A DNA stretch of 61,572 nucleotides, filler included, from Bacteriovoracaceae bacterium (GCA_018649885.1; 5 parts of 5 records of this genome joined end to end with filler, not necessarily neighbours in it); one strand, 5' to 3'; counted from the first letter of the whole stretch, positions 9,822-20,019 are shown. The notes: generated by a model not told the origin, from the sequence alone. Numbers and translations: made by a program.

Positions 9822-10634
9822 TTATATTTTTGAAAGCTCAATTGATCGGGCCTTTGCAGACGAAAGTGCTTTTTGCAGCAGCTCTTTTTGACCTTCTTCA
9901 GCAATTGTATCAAGTAAGACCGCCGTCACTCCCCCTTTGGAAGTCACTTGGTCCCTTAAGCTCTCAAGCTCACTTAAGTTTGTGGCATTTTGCTTCATCA
10001 AAGTAGCAGAGCCAATTATAGTATCAATGGCCATATCAAGACTTTGTTTTTCATCAAGGCCTCCACTTTTTAAAAAGCTTGCAAGTATATTTGTCCACTC
10101 GAATACCAAGGCTGGGCCTGAGCCTGAAACTGGAGTGATCAGATCCATCAACTCTTCTCTTTCAAGTTCAAAAACACTACCAACACTTGAAAGTATCAGA
10201 TGGGCCAAGTCTTTATTTAGTGGATCAAGACCTTTTTCACAGTAAAGCGCGCTTACTCCCTTACCCACTAAGGCAGGGGTATTTGGCATAACTCTTATGA
10301 CACTACTTACACCAAGACCTTGTTTGATAGTCTCTACAGTGGTTCCAGCAAGTATCGATACAACAAGAGCATCTTCACTTGTAGTGCCTGAAAAGTCTTT
10401 CGCCACTTCGCCAAACTGCTGCGGCTTACAACCTAAAAGGTAGACATCACATCCACTTAGGTCCTCAGGAGTGCTAGCGCAATTTCCATTTACACCTTCA
10501 GCTAAACTTTGGGCCTTCACTTTTGAGGGAGTATAAGTGATGAATTCAAAGGAATCTGGAAGTTTATCGTAAAGCCCAAGCACAATAGCTTGATTCATAT
10601 TCCCGCAACCGATGACCCCGACTTTAGTTTTCAT
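9822..10634 (-). CDS. proC: Pyrroline-5-carboxylate reductase
   Basis: IGCGNM, KPQ, RVMPNTP, SGSGPA, VTSKGGVT. Confidence 0.93.
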   Translation of the reverse strand: MKTKVGVIGCGNMNQAIVLGLYDKLPDSFEFITYTPSKVKAQSLAEGVNGNCASTPEDLSGCDVYLLGCKPQQFGEVAKDFSGTTSEDALVVSILAGTTVETIKQGLGVSSVIRVMPNTPALVGKGVSALYCEKGLDPLNKDLAHLILSSVGSVFELEREELMDLITPVSGSGPALVFEWTNILASFLKSGGLDEKQSLDMAIDTIIGSATLMKQNATNLSELESLRDQVTSKGGVTAVLLDTIAEEGQKELLQKALSSAKARSIELSKI

Positions 10635-13600
10635 TAAAACTCCAAATCCAGGGGAGCGCCATGTCTCATGGTGTTTACGGCCATAGAGCGAACCAGGATA
10701 TATTTATCCAGCAATTTTTCATAACTATCAGAAAAATAATAGCTTCTTCCATCATATGAGCTAAAAACGCTGAGCATATTTTCTCTAGCAAGAATACTAG
10801 ACAGTGCAATTTTCGATACTTTTTCCACTTGATTAGAAGATCCATCTACAATGACAAAGTCTAAACTTTTTTCCGCCAGGGCAAGCTCTAGCCTCTCTTC
10901 AGAGGGAAAAAATACTTCAACTTGGCTTTTAGGGATACCACAATTATTCAAAGTATCCACAATTGTCGACCAGTGAAGGTAGGCCTTCTGAGTTCTTGTC
11001 AGTACCGTCACTCCCGCGCCAACGGCCAAGGCCACATATAGTTCTAATAAGGCCTTCAAGTCGGGAATATCATAGTAGGCCACTAAAAGCCCTGAGTTCT
11101 TAGTCATTGTGTAATCATTAAAACTCATCTGTCCTGGTATTTTTAAATTGGGATGGGTCGTTGTCAGTAGCTTTTCAACACTGCCATTCATCCATTCTTT
11201 GAAAGAAAGTAAAGACCCTCTAACATCAACTCCTGTGCAGGCAATCATTTGGTGGTCTCTTTGAATTGTTCTGGCAACTGCCATTTCAATTCTCTCTAGT
11301 CTAAGTTTGAGAGGAAGAGTTGACTCTAACTTCAAATCAAATAAGTACTCACTACCTTTATCTAGCTCTTGATCTGTATTTCTTTGGGCCTGAATTCCTT
11401 GAGCATGAAAAATCTCTAGGTACTGAGGACTTCCGGCCTTTGGACCAGTTCCACTATGCTTGTGGCCACCAAATGGCTCAATGGCAACTCTCGCCCCAGT
11501 GCAACCTCTATTGACGTAAATATTTCCAGCTTCCATTTTGGACATCAAGTAATCAATATCATCTTGAGATTGCGAAAAGATTCCTCCTGTAAGTGCATAT
11601 TCACTAGAGTTATAAATCTCAACAGCATCTTCTAAGCTGTCATATCCAATAACATGAACAACAGGCCCGAAAAGCTCTGTGCTAGCAAAGCTATCAGCTC
11701 TCATGGCGCGCTCCTTAGGGAGCTCAACCACACAAGGGCCAATGGCGTGGCCTGGATGCTCTTCAGTTGTCCTATCAACAATAACTCGACCTCCAAACTC
11801 TAAGGCCTCTTCTACTGCCAATTTGGCCTGCTTGGTCAAACGCTTTTTATCACCTGCGCTAATGAGTGGATTAATATATGTGGCAGGATCACTCCCCTGG
11901 CCTACTTTTATGTCGAGAACAGCATCTCTAAACCTTGATACAAATTTCTCTCTTATTCCATTATCAATAATGATTCTTGAGCAGGCGGAACATTTTTGAC
12001 CTGCATGGGCAAAGGAAGAATATAAGATTCCCGATACTGTTTCATCAAGCTCTGCGTTTGCTGTAACGATCACAGCATTTTTCCCACCCATTTCAGTAAC
12101 AACTTTTGTCTTTAATTCAATACCATCATTACCGCGGTAAATTCTTGAAGCGGCATTTTCGTAAATCCAGCTGCCAACGGCCTTCGATCCAGTGAATACA
12201 ATAGTGTTCACTAATGGATGATTAACAAGAGCTGCTCCCACTTCTCCTAAACCAGGAAGATGGATTAATACATCTTTTGGGACCCCACTTTGATGAAGTA
12301 TATCCACCATAACCTGGGCAACTAAAGGAGTTTGTTCGCTTGATTTAACTAAAACACTATTGCCGGCAACAAGAGAGGAAATTGTCATACCCGTAGGAAT
12401 CGCCAGTGGAAAATTCCAAGGACAAATAACAGCGCTAACACCTCTGGCCGTCCAATGATTTTCAGCACCACTACCGGTGCGGTGAAATTTCACTTCTTCT
12501 CTAGCGTAGAAATTCATAAAGTCGATGGCCTCATCCACATCTGCCAAGGCCTCACCTACAGATTTACCCGCTTCATAACAAATCAGTGCAGCTAGCTGCG
12601 TTCTTCTTAGGAGCATTTTTTCTGAAGCGCTCAATATAAATGCTGCCCTTGTCTCTGGAGAGCTTTTGGCCCAACTGCCCTCTACAAACACAGCGTGAGC
12701 ACGATCAACAATAGCTGGAATTTCACTAGCATTGAAAAAATTGATATTTCCTACAACGCTGCGACCATCATTTGGAGAAATTATCTGAACATCATCTCCT
12801 GATCCCTCGCTTGAGTAACTGTGTCCAAGGCAATTGTGAAAGTTATCAAGACCTTTAAAAAAGTCATCTCTTTGCTCTTTTAAATAAAGTCTAACTGGTG
12901 TGATGTTTTCAAATGTCTGCGAAATAGTGTTGAGCTTATCGAACTGATTACTGATCTCCCCATCACGTAACTCTTTAACAGGATCGTGAAGACACTTAAG
13001 GTTGGCGTTCGCCCTCATCATATTTAATATTCCCACCTGGGAGCTGTTTTCCATTATCCTTCTCACCAAATAGGCCATGCCAACGAGAAGAGATCCTACT
13101 GGGACATAATTTCTTGTGGGCCAGCCCTGTTCTGCCATGGCCACTGAAAGAGCTTCATAAGTCATGTGTAAGCATTGGTGTTCAATAACTGGCGCATTTG
13201 GATATTTAACTTCTTTAAGTGCCTTGGCAAAGCAATGATCTGAAACATTGTGAGAGGCAATACAAAGAGTAAGATGCTCTGAATTTTTTAAAATCTGTTC
13301 AACTAATTGCCTAAAATGAATATCTGTTTCTGGCTTATTCAAAAATTGAGGAGCAGTAAATCCATGAGCAGAGGCCTCCACCGTCTCAGCATCCCAGTAG
13401 GCACCTTTGACAATTCTGATAGGCATGCGAAGACCTCTGGTCTTTGCCAAATCAAGGATTGCACTGAAGTGATCGTATGAATCTCGCAGATAAGTTTGGA
13501 GAACAATTCCAGTCTGATCATATGAGGAAAGCTCGGCCGTTTCGAGTAGAACTTTCTTATATATCTCAAAAACAGCATCGCGATAGTGGTAGTGTTCTGC

Positions 13601-14803
13601 ATCTATATTGATGAAAACTCTCTCATTGCGTCCGGCCATGAGTATTTCTCTTAGCCTCGGTGCAATTTGCCCATAAGTGTAATCAAAGGCCTCAGGTCTA
13701 AAATCGCTACATAGGGCAGTCACTTTAATAGACATATGAGCACAGAGAATATTTGATTTGTTCAACTCCCCTCTGGGTATATGTTTATTCAGGCCATGAA
13801 TAATCTCTAGGACCTTGTCCTTATAATGATCGGCTTCCCTGACTGAAACAACTAACTCTCCCAATTGATCAATGGTGGCATCTCTTTTGGTTTTTCTGAG
13901 ATCAGACAGACATTTTGTGGCACTAGAAATTGACTCCCCTGCAATAAACCTTTTCGCCATCTCTTTTACGGTCTTTCTCACTATTTTAGAAAGAGGTCCG
14001 GCCGGCGTAGAAGCTGCCAGAGAATAAAGTACTTTGCAGCCCATATAGTAGAGCGTGGGAAGTGGGGCCTTTTGCCCAGTATGGCGTTGTTTTTTTGCTT
14101 TTTTACAATCAACTAGAAGCCTTCGGAGTGTTTCTAGTAAAATTCTTTTGATTTCAACTCCTTCATTGTCGTAATCCAACGAAGGTAAGAGCGCCAAAAA
14201 TTTGAGCACATGAATTCTCACAAGAGCATAGTCGGCCGTCAGTTTCAATCCAAAGTCAGTGAGACTTTCAAAAAAAGTCGGTTTATAGGAGTTCAGTGCA
14301 GTAATCATCTCTTTGAGATAGTGTCCGGCACGGTCATAAACTTTTTGATAATTTTCTTCAGCTGGCAACTCAAGGCCCAACTTTCCACTCAGCAGTTCTA
14401 TTTCGGTAGGACCGTCACGGCGATCTATATTCTGGGCATCTTCAACAAAAGCTTTAAGCTTCAAAAAGGCTTCTTTTTGGGTTTCATTTAAAGTACTTGG
14501 TGAAATATGACTAACGAGGAAGGCCTCTTTTGATAGTGACTTTGAAAAAACCACAACTCGCTTGCTGTCACTGAAAACAGCAAGGCTTAAAGGGACACCT
14601 GAAAGAACCTGAGTTCTGATGAAATCTTTTGTAAAGCTTTGCCTACAAACCTTATTCAGCTCATCGTGCAAACAATCTTGAATCCCCTCGTCACTAGAAA
14701 TTAAATCGGTGTATATTTCATCGAAATATAACTCCCAGGCCAGGCCTTGAATTTCCAATTCGATTTTTTTAAATATTGGAAGAAAGTGTGTGCGCTCCAT
14801 CAC
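10634..14803 (-). CDS. putA: Bifunctional proline dehydrogenase / glutamate semialdehyde (P5C) dehydrogenase with N- and C-terminal extensions
   Basis: RFIAGE, IDAE, RIVKGAYWD, YLVRRIMEN (PRODH); PWNFPLAI, FTGS, EMGGKN, GQKCSA, ELFGP (ALDH). Confidence 0.92.
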   Translation of the reverse strand: MMERTHFLPIFKKIELEIQGLAWELYFDEIYTDLISSDEGIQDCLHDELNKVCRQSFTKDFIRTQVLSGVPLSLAVFSDSKRVVVFSKSLSKEAFLVSHISPSTLNETQKEAFLKLKAFVEDAQNIDRRDGPTEIELLSGKLGLELPAEENYQKVYDRAGHYLKEMITALNSYKPTFFESLTDFGLKLTADYALVRIHVLKFLALLPSLDYDNEGVEIKRILLETLRRLLVDCKKAKKQRHTGQKAPLPTLYYMGCKVLYSLAASTPAGPLSKIVRKTVKEMAKRFIAGESISSATKCLSDLRKTKRDATIDQLGELVVSVREADHYKDKVLEIIHGLNKHIPRGELNKSNILCAHMSIKVTALCSDFRPEAFDYTYGQIAPRLREILMAGRNERVFINIDAEHYHYRDAVFEIYKKVLLETAELSSYDQTGIVLQTYLRDSYDHFSAILDLAKTRGLRMPIRIVKGAYWDAETVEASAHGFTAPQFLNKPETDIHFRQLVEQILKNSEHLTLCIASHNVSDHCFAKALKEVKYPNAPVIEHQCLHMTYEALSVAMAEQGWPTRNYVPVGSLLVGMAYLVRRIMENSSQVGILNMMRANANLKCLHDPVKELRDGEISNQFDKLNTISQTFENITPVRLYLKEQRDDFFKGLDNFHNCLGHSYSSEGSGDDVQIISPNDGRSVVGNINFFNASEIPAIVDRAHAVFVEGSWAKSSPETRAAFILSASEKMLLRRTQLAALICYEAGKSVGEALADVDEAIDFMNFYAREEVKFHRTGSGAENHWTARGVSAVICPWNFPLAIPTGMTISSLVAGNSVLVKSSEQTPLVAQVMVDILHQSGVPKDVLIHLPGLGEVGAALVNHPLVNTIVFTGSKAVGSWIYENAASRIYRGNDGIELKTKVVTEMGGKNAVIVTANAELDETVSGILYSSFAHAGQKCSACSRIIIDNGIREKFVSRFRDAVLDIKVGQGSDPATYINPLISAGDKKRLTKQAKLAVEEALEFGGRVIVDRTTEEHPGHAIGPCVVELPKERAMRADSFASTELFGPVVHVIGYDSLEDAVEIYNSSEYALTGGIFSQSQDDIDYLMSKMEAGNIYVNRGCTGARVAIEPFGGHKHSGTGPKAGSPQYLEIFHAQGIQAQRNTDQELDKGSEYLFDLKLESTLPLKLRLERIEMAVARTIQRDHQMIACTGVDVRGSLLSFKEWMNGSVEKLLTTTHPNLKIPGQMSFNDYTMTKNSGLLVAYYDIPDLKALLELYVALAVGAGVTVLTRTQKAYLHWSTIVDTLNNCGIPKSQVEVFFPSEERLELALAEKSLDFVIVDGSSNQVEKVSKIALSSILARENMLSVFSSYDGRSYYFSDSYEKLLDKYILVRSMAVNTMRHGAPLDLEF

Positions 14804-14946
14804 TTTAACCCCTCACGATGATTGTGCTAAGTACCTAAATATTCACACATATGATTTTATTTAATTCACAGCGTTTATAGATCACAGAACTTCGTTTGTC
14901 ACCACTAGCAATTGACCAGCTGGGTTGCACCAGATACCATAATGAT

Positions 14947-16137
14947 ATGGCAAATACTCCTGTCCCACACATCTTATTCGCCCTTATGCTGCTCCAACTA
15001 TGTAGCAGCTTTGCCCTGGCCGAGTCCTTCTACACCATGGAAGACCTGCAAGTCCTCGAAAAAGAACACTCGTACAAGGAGTTCTTCCTTCATGCTAGAG
15101 ACATTAGGCCTAGCCTTAGAGGTGAAAAATGGCGAGAGATGACTCAAAATATGGCCCAGGGACTGGCCAAAAAACTTTTGGCCAAAACTCCCATTACCTT
15201 AGAAGAATATAAAATTGTTGAAGATCTGAGTTTTTGGCCACAGCTCAAGTTTGATGAAATCTTTCTAGGATACCGTGCACGAATTGGAGTTCAGTACCTC
15301 ACCTCTTGCTTTGCCATGGAGACCCAAAAACAAAAGTGTTTTAATGAAATGCACAAATTCTGGTTTAAAGACAAAACAGACAAAGAATCTGCAAAAATGC
15401 TGGCGATTTTGTTTTTAGAACACAAAAGTTCATATTTGCCGCGGGCCCTAGATGCAAAATACGATGAATGGCTTTTTATAGACGTGCTTATTAAAGGAAA
15501 GTTTTCGGTCTTCTATTGCGACAAGTCACCTGTAAGAGAAAGGCTGTCCATAAAGGCCAACTCAGTGATTAAATCCAACTTAGACCCCAATTGGCTTGAG
15601 CTTGAAATCTCTAATGCCTTTTCAAGTGAATGTTGGAAAATAGCTGCCCAGTCCATGAAAATACAGCTTAAATCAAGCGATGTAGTTAAAAGGAAGTGGG
15701 CCTACAAAGCTCTTAAGGCCACTAACAATATCGCCAAGCTTGAAGAGGACATATTCTTATTACAATTTGTTTTAGACGGTCCAACTCCCGGGGATTTGTA
15801 CAATTTAGGTTGGAATACACTGACAAGACTAAGAGACAATTACCAGGAGCGTACCCATCTGGTGGAGCTTCTCAAGAAAATCGACCCACTACCAGATGCT
15901 ACTTTTTCGCACTTTGACAAAAAAACCAGGAAGGTCCTCACCAAAAAAATTGCAGGCTCCCTACCGGAATATCTCAATTATTACGCCAATACTTGCATCG
16001 ACTACCTGCGCGGAAGCCGCCCCTTTCCCAAGGGAAACCCCACAATCAACTGCCAGGCCTTCTTTCAAGTGGCCAAAAAAGAACACCTAATCTCCCCCAT
16101 CCTAACCAAAAAATACCAAAACTCCCTAAATAACTAG
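14947..16137 (+). CDS. Hypothetical secreted alpha-helical protein
   Basis: Signal peptide ending FALA after ATG 14947; about 396 aa uninterrupted ORF. Confidence 0.7.
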   Translation: MANTPVPHILFALMLLQLCSSFALAESFYTMEDLQVLEKEHSYKEFFLHARDIRPSLRGEKWREMTQNMAQGLAKKLLAKTPITLEEYKIVEDLSFWPQLKFDEIFLGYRARIGVQYLTSCFAMETQKQKCFNEMHKFWFKDKTDKESAKMLAILFLEHKSSYLPRALDAKYDEWLFIDVLIKGKFSVFYCDKSPVRERLSIKANSVIKSNLDPNWLELEISNAFSSECWKIAAQSMKIQLKSSDVVKRKWAYKALKATNNIAKLEEDIFLLQFVLDGPTPGDLYNLGWNTLTRLRDNYQERTHLVELLKKIDPLPDATFSHFDKKTRKVLTKKIAGSLPEYLNYYANTCIDYLRGSRPFPKGNPTINCQAFFQVAKKEHLISPILTKKYQNSLNN

Positions 16138-16205
16138 CCCAAAGGCAAGCAAACCTAGACCAAAACTTAATTAAATCAGTTCCGGTCAACTACCCTTCGC
16201 CTTAA

Positions 16206-16410
16206 TGTTGGCGCTTGGCAGTTGCCCTTGCCCACTCATCTGGAGCTAAAAAATGGAACAAAATTTTCATATTCATCACGAGCGTCTCGAAGTCCACAAA
16301 AAATCGATCTCATATTTAACACTAGTATTTGGAATGTTCAGTATGTTGGTGGCCATATGTAAGTAAAAAATTTGTCTTGGGTCGGCAAGGGCAACTGCCA
16401 AGCGCCAACA
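16206..16410. repeat. 205-bp cassette bounded by perfect 27-bp inverted repeats
   Basis: TGTTGGCGCTTGGCAGTTGCCCTTGCC (16206-16232) is the exact reverse complement of 16384-16410. Confidence 0.9.
16253..16366 (+). pseudogene. Internally deleted four-helix-bundle (23S rRNA IVP-like) gene remnant, 37 aa
   Basis: GGAG RBS; MEQNFHIHHERLEVHKKSI resembles the family N-terminus (HEKLxVYxKS) and SMLVAICK resembles its C-terminus. Confidence 0.55.
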
Positions 16411-16440
16411 AAAAGAAAAAGGGCGAGTTAGACTCGCCCT
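16411..16440 (-). terminator. Rho-independent terminator of the SWIB gene
   Basis: Minus strand AGGGCGAGT-CTA-ACTCGCCCT followed by TTTTCTTTT. Confidence 0.85.
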
Positions 16441-16467
16441 AATTACTATAGAAATGTGAATTTCTAA

Positions 16468-17115
16468 TTAGCTTTTACTTAAATGCTTTGAAACATACTT
16501 AGTAAGCTCAAACATAGTAACGATCGCTTTGCCACCGAATACAGCTTTAAGCTTTTCGTCAGCTTTGATGTTTCTTCTGTTAGTTGGGTCTTGAAGATCG
16601 TGTTTCTTGATGTATTCCCAGATCTTCTTAACTACTTCAGTCCTAGGACGAAGTTGCTCACCAATAACTTCTGCAAGTTGCTTAGATGGCTTAAGAGGAG
16701 CCATAAAAGCAGCATTTGGCTTTCTTTTAGTTTTTCTCTTTGCCTTTACTTTTTTCTTAGTGGCCTTAGGAGCTGCTTTCTTAGTAGCTTTTGGTGCCGC
16801 TTTCTTAGTAGCTTTTTTCTTAGCTACTTTCTTAGTAGCTTTTTTCTTAGCTACTTTCTTAGTTGCTTTTTTCTTAGCAGCTTTCTTAGTTGCTTTTTTC
16901 TTTGCTACTTTCTTTTTTGCTTTCTTAGCAACTTTTTTCTTAGTAGCTTTCTTCTTAGCTACTTTCTTAGTTGCTTTTTTCTTAGCAACTTTCTTAGTTG
17001 CTTTTTTCTTGGCAACTTTCTTAGTTGCTTTTTTCTTTGCAACTTTCTTAGTTGCTTTTTTTGCAACTTTTTTCTTAGTTGCTTTTTTCTTAGTTGCTTT
17101 TTTCTTAGCAGCCAT
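16468..17115 (-). CDS. Histone H1-like Lys/Ala repeat protein fused to a SWIB/MDM2 domain
   Basis: About 125 aa of KKATKK/VAKK repeats, then PNAAFMAPLKPS...RTEVVKKIWEYIKKHDLQDP...MFELTK. Confidence 0.9.
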   Translation of the reverse strand: MAAKKKATKKKATKKKVAKKATKKVAKKKATKKVAKKKATKKVAKKKATKKVAKKKATKKKVAKKAKKKVAKKKATKKAAKKKATKKVAKKKATKKVAKKKATKKAAPKATKKAAPKATKKKVKAKRKTKRKPNAAFMAPLKPSKQLAEVIGEQLRPRTEVVKKIWEYIKKHDLQDPTNRRNIKADEKLKAVFGGKAIVTMFELTKYVSKHLSKS

Positions 17116-17215
17116 TCCGCACTCCTTCTTATTTTAGGGATCGTTCACTAATTTAATATATATTTATGATAGATATTTTTCCTAGTCCGTCTAGAGAAAA
17201 ATTGATTTTTTTTAT

Positions 17216-17662
17216 CTACTTTAAAGTTTTTTCCCATTCTCCTAGTCTAGCACCGTCGTCTAAATCGAAACTTGCTAGCTTTATGTACCCATGAGTTTCG
17301 TTTAAACCGACATTTCTAAAATTATCTACACGACAAAAATTGACCACAGACGTTAAAGAACGCTCTTTTGCCGATTTTTCTATGAATTCCTTAATCAAAT
17401 GAGAAAAACCATTGCCCTGAAAGGCCAATTTAATAGGTGTGTGCTTACTAAGGAGCCTTCCATCGTCTTCTTTCAGGAAAACAGCTGCTACTATTTCATT
17501 ATTGTGCATCACACTTATTAATTCCCAATTCTCATCCATCTGCTCTTGGAGGCCATCCACAGTCCATACAATATCTGCAAAGGCAGAAAAGACCTGATCG
17601 TTAAAATCATAGAGGTCCTCTAATTGGTCACTTTTTTCAATGGGTTCAAATTCTAAGGTCAT
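17216..17662 (-). CDS. GNAT-family N-acetyltransferase
   Basis: FQGNGFS acetyl-CoA motif A; N...LNETHGY motif B. Confidence 0.7.
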   Translation of the reverse strand: MTLEFEPIEKSDQLEDLYDFNDQVFSAFADIVWTVDGLQEQMDENWELISVMHNNEIVAAVFLKEDDGRLLSKHTPIKLAFQGNGFSHLIKEFIEKSAKERSLTSVVNFCRVDNFRNVGLNETHGYIKLASFDLDDGARLGEWEKTLK

Positions 17663-17683
17663 TTTTTATGTGCCTTCTATATT

Positions 17684-18004
17684 TTATTTTGAGCTTTTCC
17701 AAGGAAGTGAGCTCACATATGCTGCTAAATCTTTAATCTGCTGTTCATTAAGTTTTTTTATGAATGGAAGCATTTTAAGGTTTTTCCTCTTACCAGCCTT
17801 CATATCAGTTATAGCTTTAACTATATACCAATCATACTGACCTGCAATGTTGGGTGCCTTTTGAGACTTTTTGCCCTCTCCTGCCTTGCCATGACAGGCA
17901 ATGCATTTTTTGTAGAGAGTTTTACCATTAGCGGCATCCTGAGAAAAACAGTTCGCCGTCCCCATGAAACTCAGAATTATAGCTGTCACAATTGGACGTA
18001 TCAT
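17684..18004 (-). CDS. Class I monoheme cytochrome c (c553/c4-like)
   Basis: Signal peptide, CIACH, PNIAGQ, distal Met, DLAAYV. Confidence 0.92.
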   Translation of the reverse strand: MIRPIVTAIILSFMGTANCFSQDAANGKTLYKKCIACHGKAGEGKKSQKAPNIAGQYDWYIVKAITDMKAGKRKNLKMLPFIKKLNEQQIKDLAAYVSSLPWKSSK

Positions 18005-18086
18005 TAAAAACTCCTAAAAAAACTGGTACAGTTGATTAATATAATAGAGCTTTGGTCATTTGGAAAATGCATTTTTTGATTTGATC

Positions 18087-19151
18087 CTATGGGGCCCAAA
18101 TAATATTGTAGCGCTCGTCCGCCAAATTCTTGTGAAGATGCTCTAATAAAATGAATCTCGCCTTCTCTATAATATGATGTGAGCTAGAATTAGTACCCTC
18201 TAGTTCAAGAATAATTAACTCATCATCGAGGTCGTGCAACAAGACACTCAGACCGAAGGCCTTGATGCTCGGACTGAGAACACCTTCAACTAATTCTTTT
18301 AATAATTTCAATTTGTTAACATAGCTAAGAGCTGAAAAAGCGCCGTCAATTTGGGGCCTAAAAAACCTTCCTAAATCAAATGTTGGCTCAAATTTAAACT
18401 CACTAAGACTGAGACCCCAGCTGTGAAGAACACGCCAATCAGGGTTATTCATAATGAAATCGACGCCGCCGTCAACTTGTCCCAATGCAAGCTCAAGATC
18501 ACTTAATGATTGATTGGCCTGGGGTCTACAACAACTCCCACACTTTGAACCTGCCTGAGTCAGCCCCTTGATATTTTCTATGCTGAGATCCACACCCTTC
18601 ATGGCCAGATGCTCAAGATACCAGTGAGAGACTTTGAAACAACGGCAGGCCAGCTCAAGGCCTCTATCTTTTTGAAAGGACTTTTTCCAGTACTCACTGT
18701 GTGTGATGACCTTTTGAAAGAGTTCCACTCGCTCAAAGTAGGTTTTGGCCAATTCCTGATTAAGGCCCAGCCCTTCACTTTGATTATTGTCCCTGAGAAA
18801 AGAGTCCACATCTCGAAATTTTGGCAGCTCCATCCCACTCGTCATATATTTTAAGCTCAGCTCAATTCCCACATCCATAATAAGCTTACTGATGTCACTC
18901 AGATTTCCGCCGAAACTGACGGCTTCAATGCTCGAAGCCGTTTTCACAATGCCTTTGAACCAGAATTCTTTTGTGTGATAAAAAAATTCACCAGGGGGGA
19001 AAAGGTGGCCAGCACTAACTCCAGGATCCTTTTCATTAAAGTAGATCAACTCTTCTAGGCGCTCACCTGCCCTTTTTGTAAAAGATATTTTTTCATTGTG
19101 ATTTTTATCTAGATTCATTTCGCTTATTTCGTTATCCACAGCATTGACCAA
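18087..19151 (-). CDS. Protein with a BFD-like [2Fe-2S] domain and a NifU-like C-terminal region
   Basis: ACRCFKV...TQAGSKCGSC; C-terminal VLSPSIKAFG..V.L...LELEG resembles NifU-C but lacks CxxC. Confidence 0.55.
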   Translation of the reverse strand: MVNAVDNEISEMNLDKNHNEKISFTKRAGERLEELIYFNEKDPGVSAGHLFPPGEFFYHTKEFWFKGIVKTASSIEAVSFGGNLSDISKLIMDVGIELSLKYMTSGMELPKFRDVDSFLRDNNQSEGLGLNQELAKTYFERVELFQKVITHSEYWKKSFQKDRGLELACRCFKVSHWYLEHLAMKGVDLSIENIKGLTQAGSKCGSCCRPQANQSLSDLELALGQVDGGVDFIMNNPDWRVLHSWGLSLSEFKFEPTFDLGRFFRPQIDGAFSALSYVNKLKLLKELVEGVLSPSIKAFGLSVLLHDLDDELIILELEGTNSSSHHIIEKARFILLEHLHKNLADERYNIIWAP

Positions 19152-19240
19152 ACAATAACGCAGGCCAGCCTAGAGTTAATCATTAACTGCCAAACCCTTG
19201 ACGCTGGTGAGTTTAAGTAAATACTCTTATCATAAAGGTT

Positions 19241-19942
19241 ATGAGTGTGAAAAAAGATAAAGTAGCAGTAAGCAGATTCCATGTTTTAGACTTCCTCAGA
19301 GGACTTGCCATCGTTCAGATGGTAATTTTCCATGCAGCATTTGATCTCACCATATTCAAATTTTTACACATCAATTTTCAAGATGACCCCTTCTGGTACC
19401 CTTTCCCAAGAGTTATCGTTTTTAATTTTTTGATTTGTGTGGGTATGTCTCTAAGACTTGTGCATCTGGAAAAAATTAATTGGTCACTGGTTAGGTCACG
19501 GTTTGCATTACTGGGCTCCATAGCACTTGGTATTACAATTGTTACTTATTTTGCTTTCCCAAAAAATTATATTTTCTTCGGCACCATTCACGCCATAGCT
19601 TTGTGCTCGTTGTTTGGAGTATTCTTTTTGCGCTTTCCAAAATCCTCAGGAATCGTGGGCGCATTAATGCTGGCCTTGAATATATATTTTCAACCCACGA
19701 TCATTCCCATATCTAAATGGCTAGGCGTGGTCTCCATGGACTATATTCCCTTTATTCCGTGGTTCGGTGCCACTTTAGTGGGAATTTACCTTCATTCGAT
19801 CGGAGTTCATAAACTGGCACTAACGCAAAATAGGCTTACCCGCTTCATTCAAAAAATGGGGAAAAAGTCACTGATTATCTACGTGCTGCACCAGCCAGTT
19901 TTATTTTCTCTTAGTTACCTTTTAAACAAAGTATTTCATTAA
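19241..19942 (+). CDS. DUF1624 / heparan-alpha-glucosaminide N-acetyltransferase-like membrane protein
   Basis: RFHVLDFLRGLAI, FGTIHAI, DYIPFIPW, SLIIYVLHQP. Confidence 0.85.
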   Translation: MSVKKDKVAVSRFHVLDFLRGLAIVQMVIFHAAFDLTIFKFLHINFQDDPFWYPFPRVIVFNFLICVGMSLRLVHLEKINWSLVRSRFALLGSIALGITIVTYFAFPKNYIFFGTIHAIALCSLFGVFFLRFPKSSGIVGALMLALNIYFQPTIIPISKWLGVVSMDYIPFIPWFGATLVGIYLHSIGVHKLALTQNRLTRFIQKMGKKSLIIYVLHQPVLFSLSYLLNKVFH

Positions 19943-20019
19943 GTTTATCCGGCTCAATTCGTTTACATCTTCCAATAGGTATGGGAGTGTTGACGCACTA
20001 AATATGTGATGAAAAGTTT

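Noticed and set aside
16591..17151. Two hydrophobic plus-strand ORFs (186 and 176 aa)
   Set aside because: Antisense shadows of the Lys/Ala repeat gene
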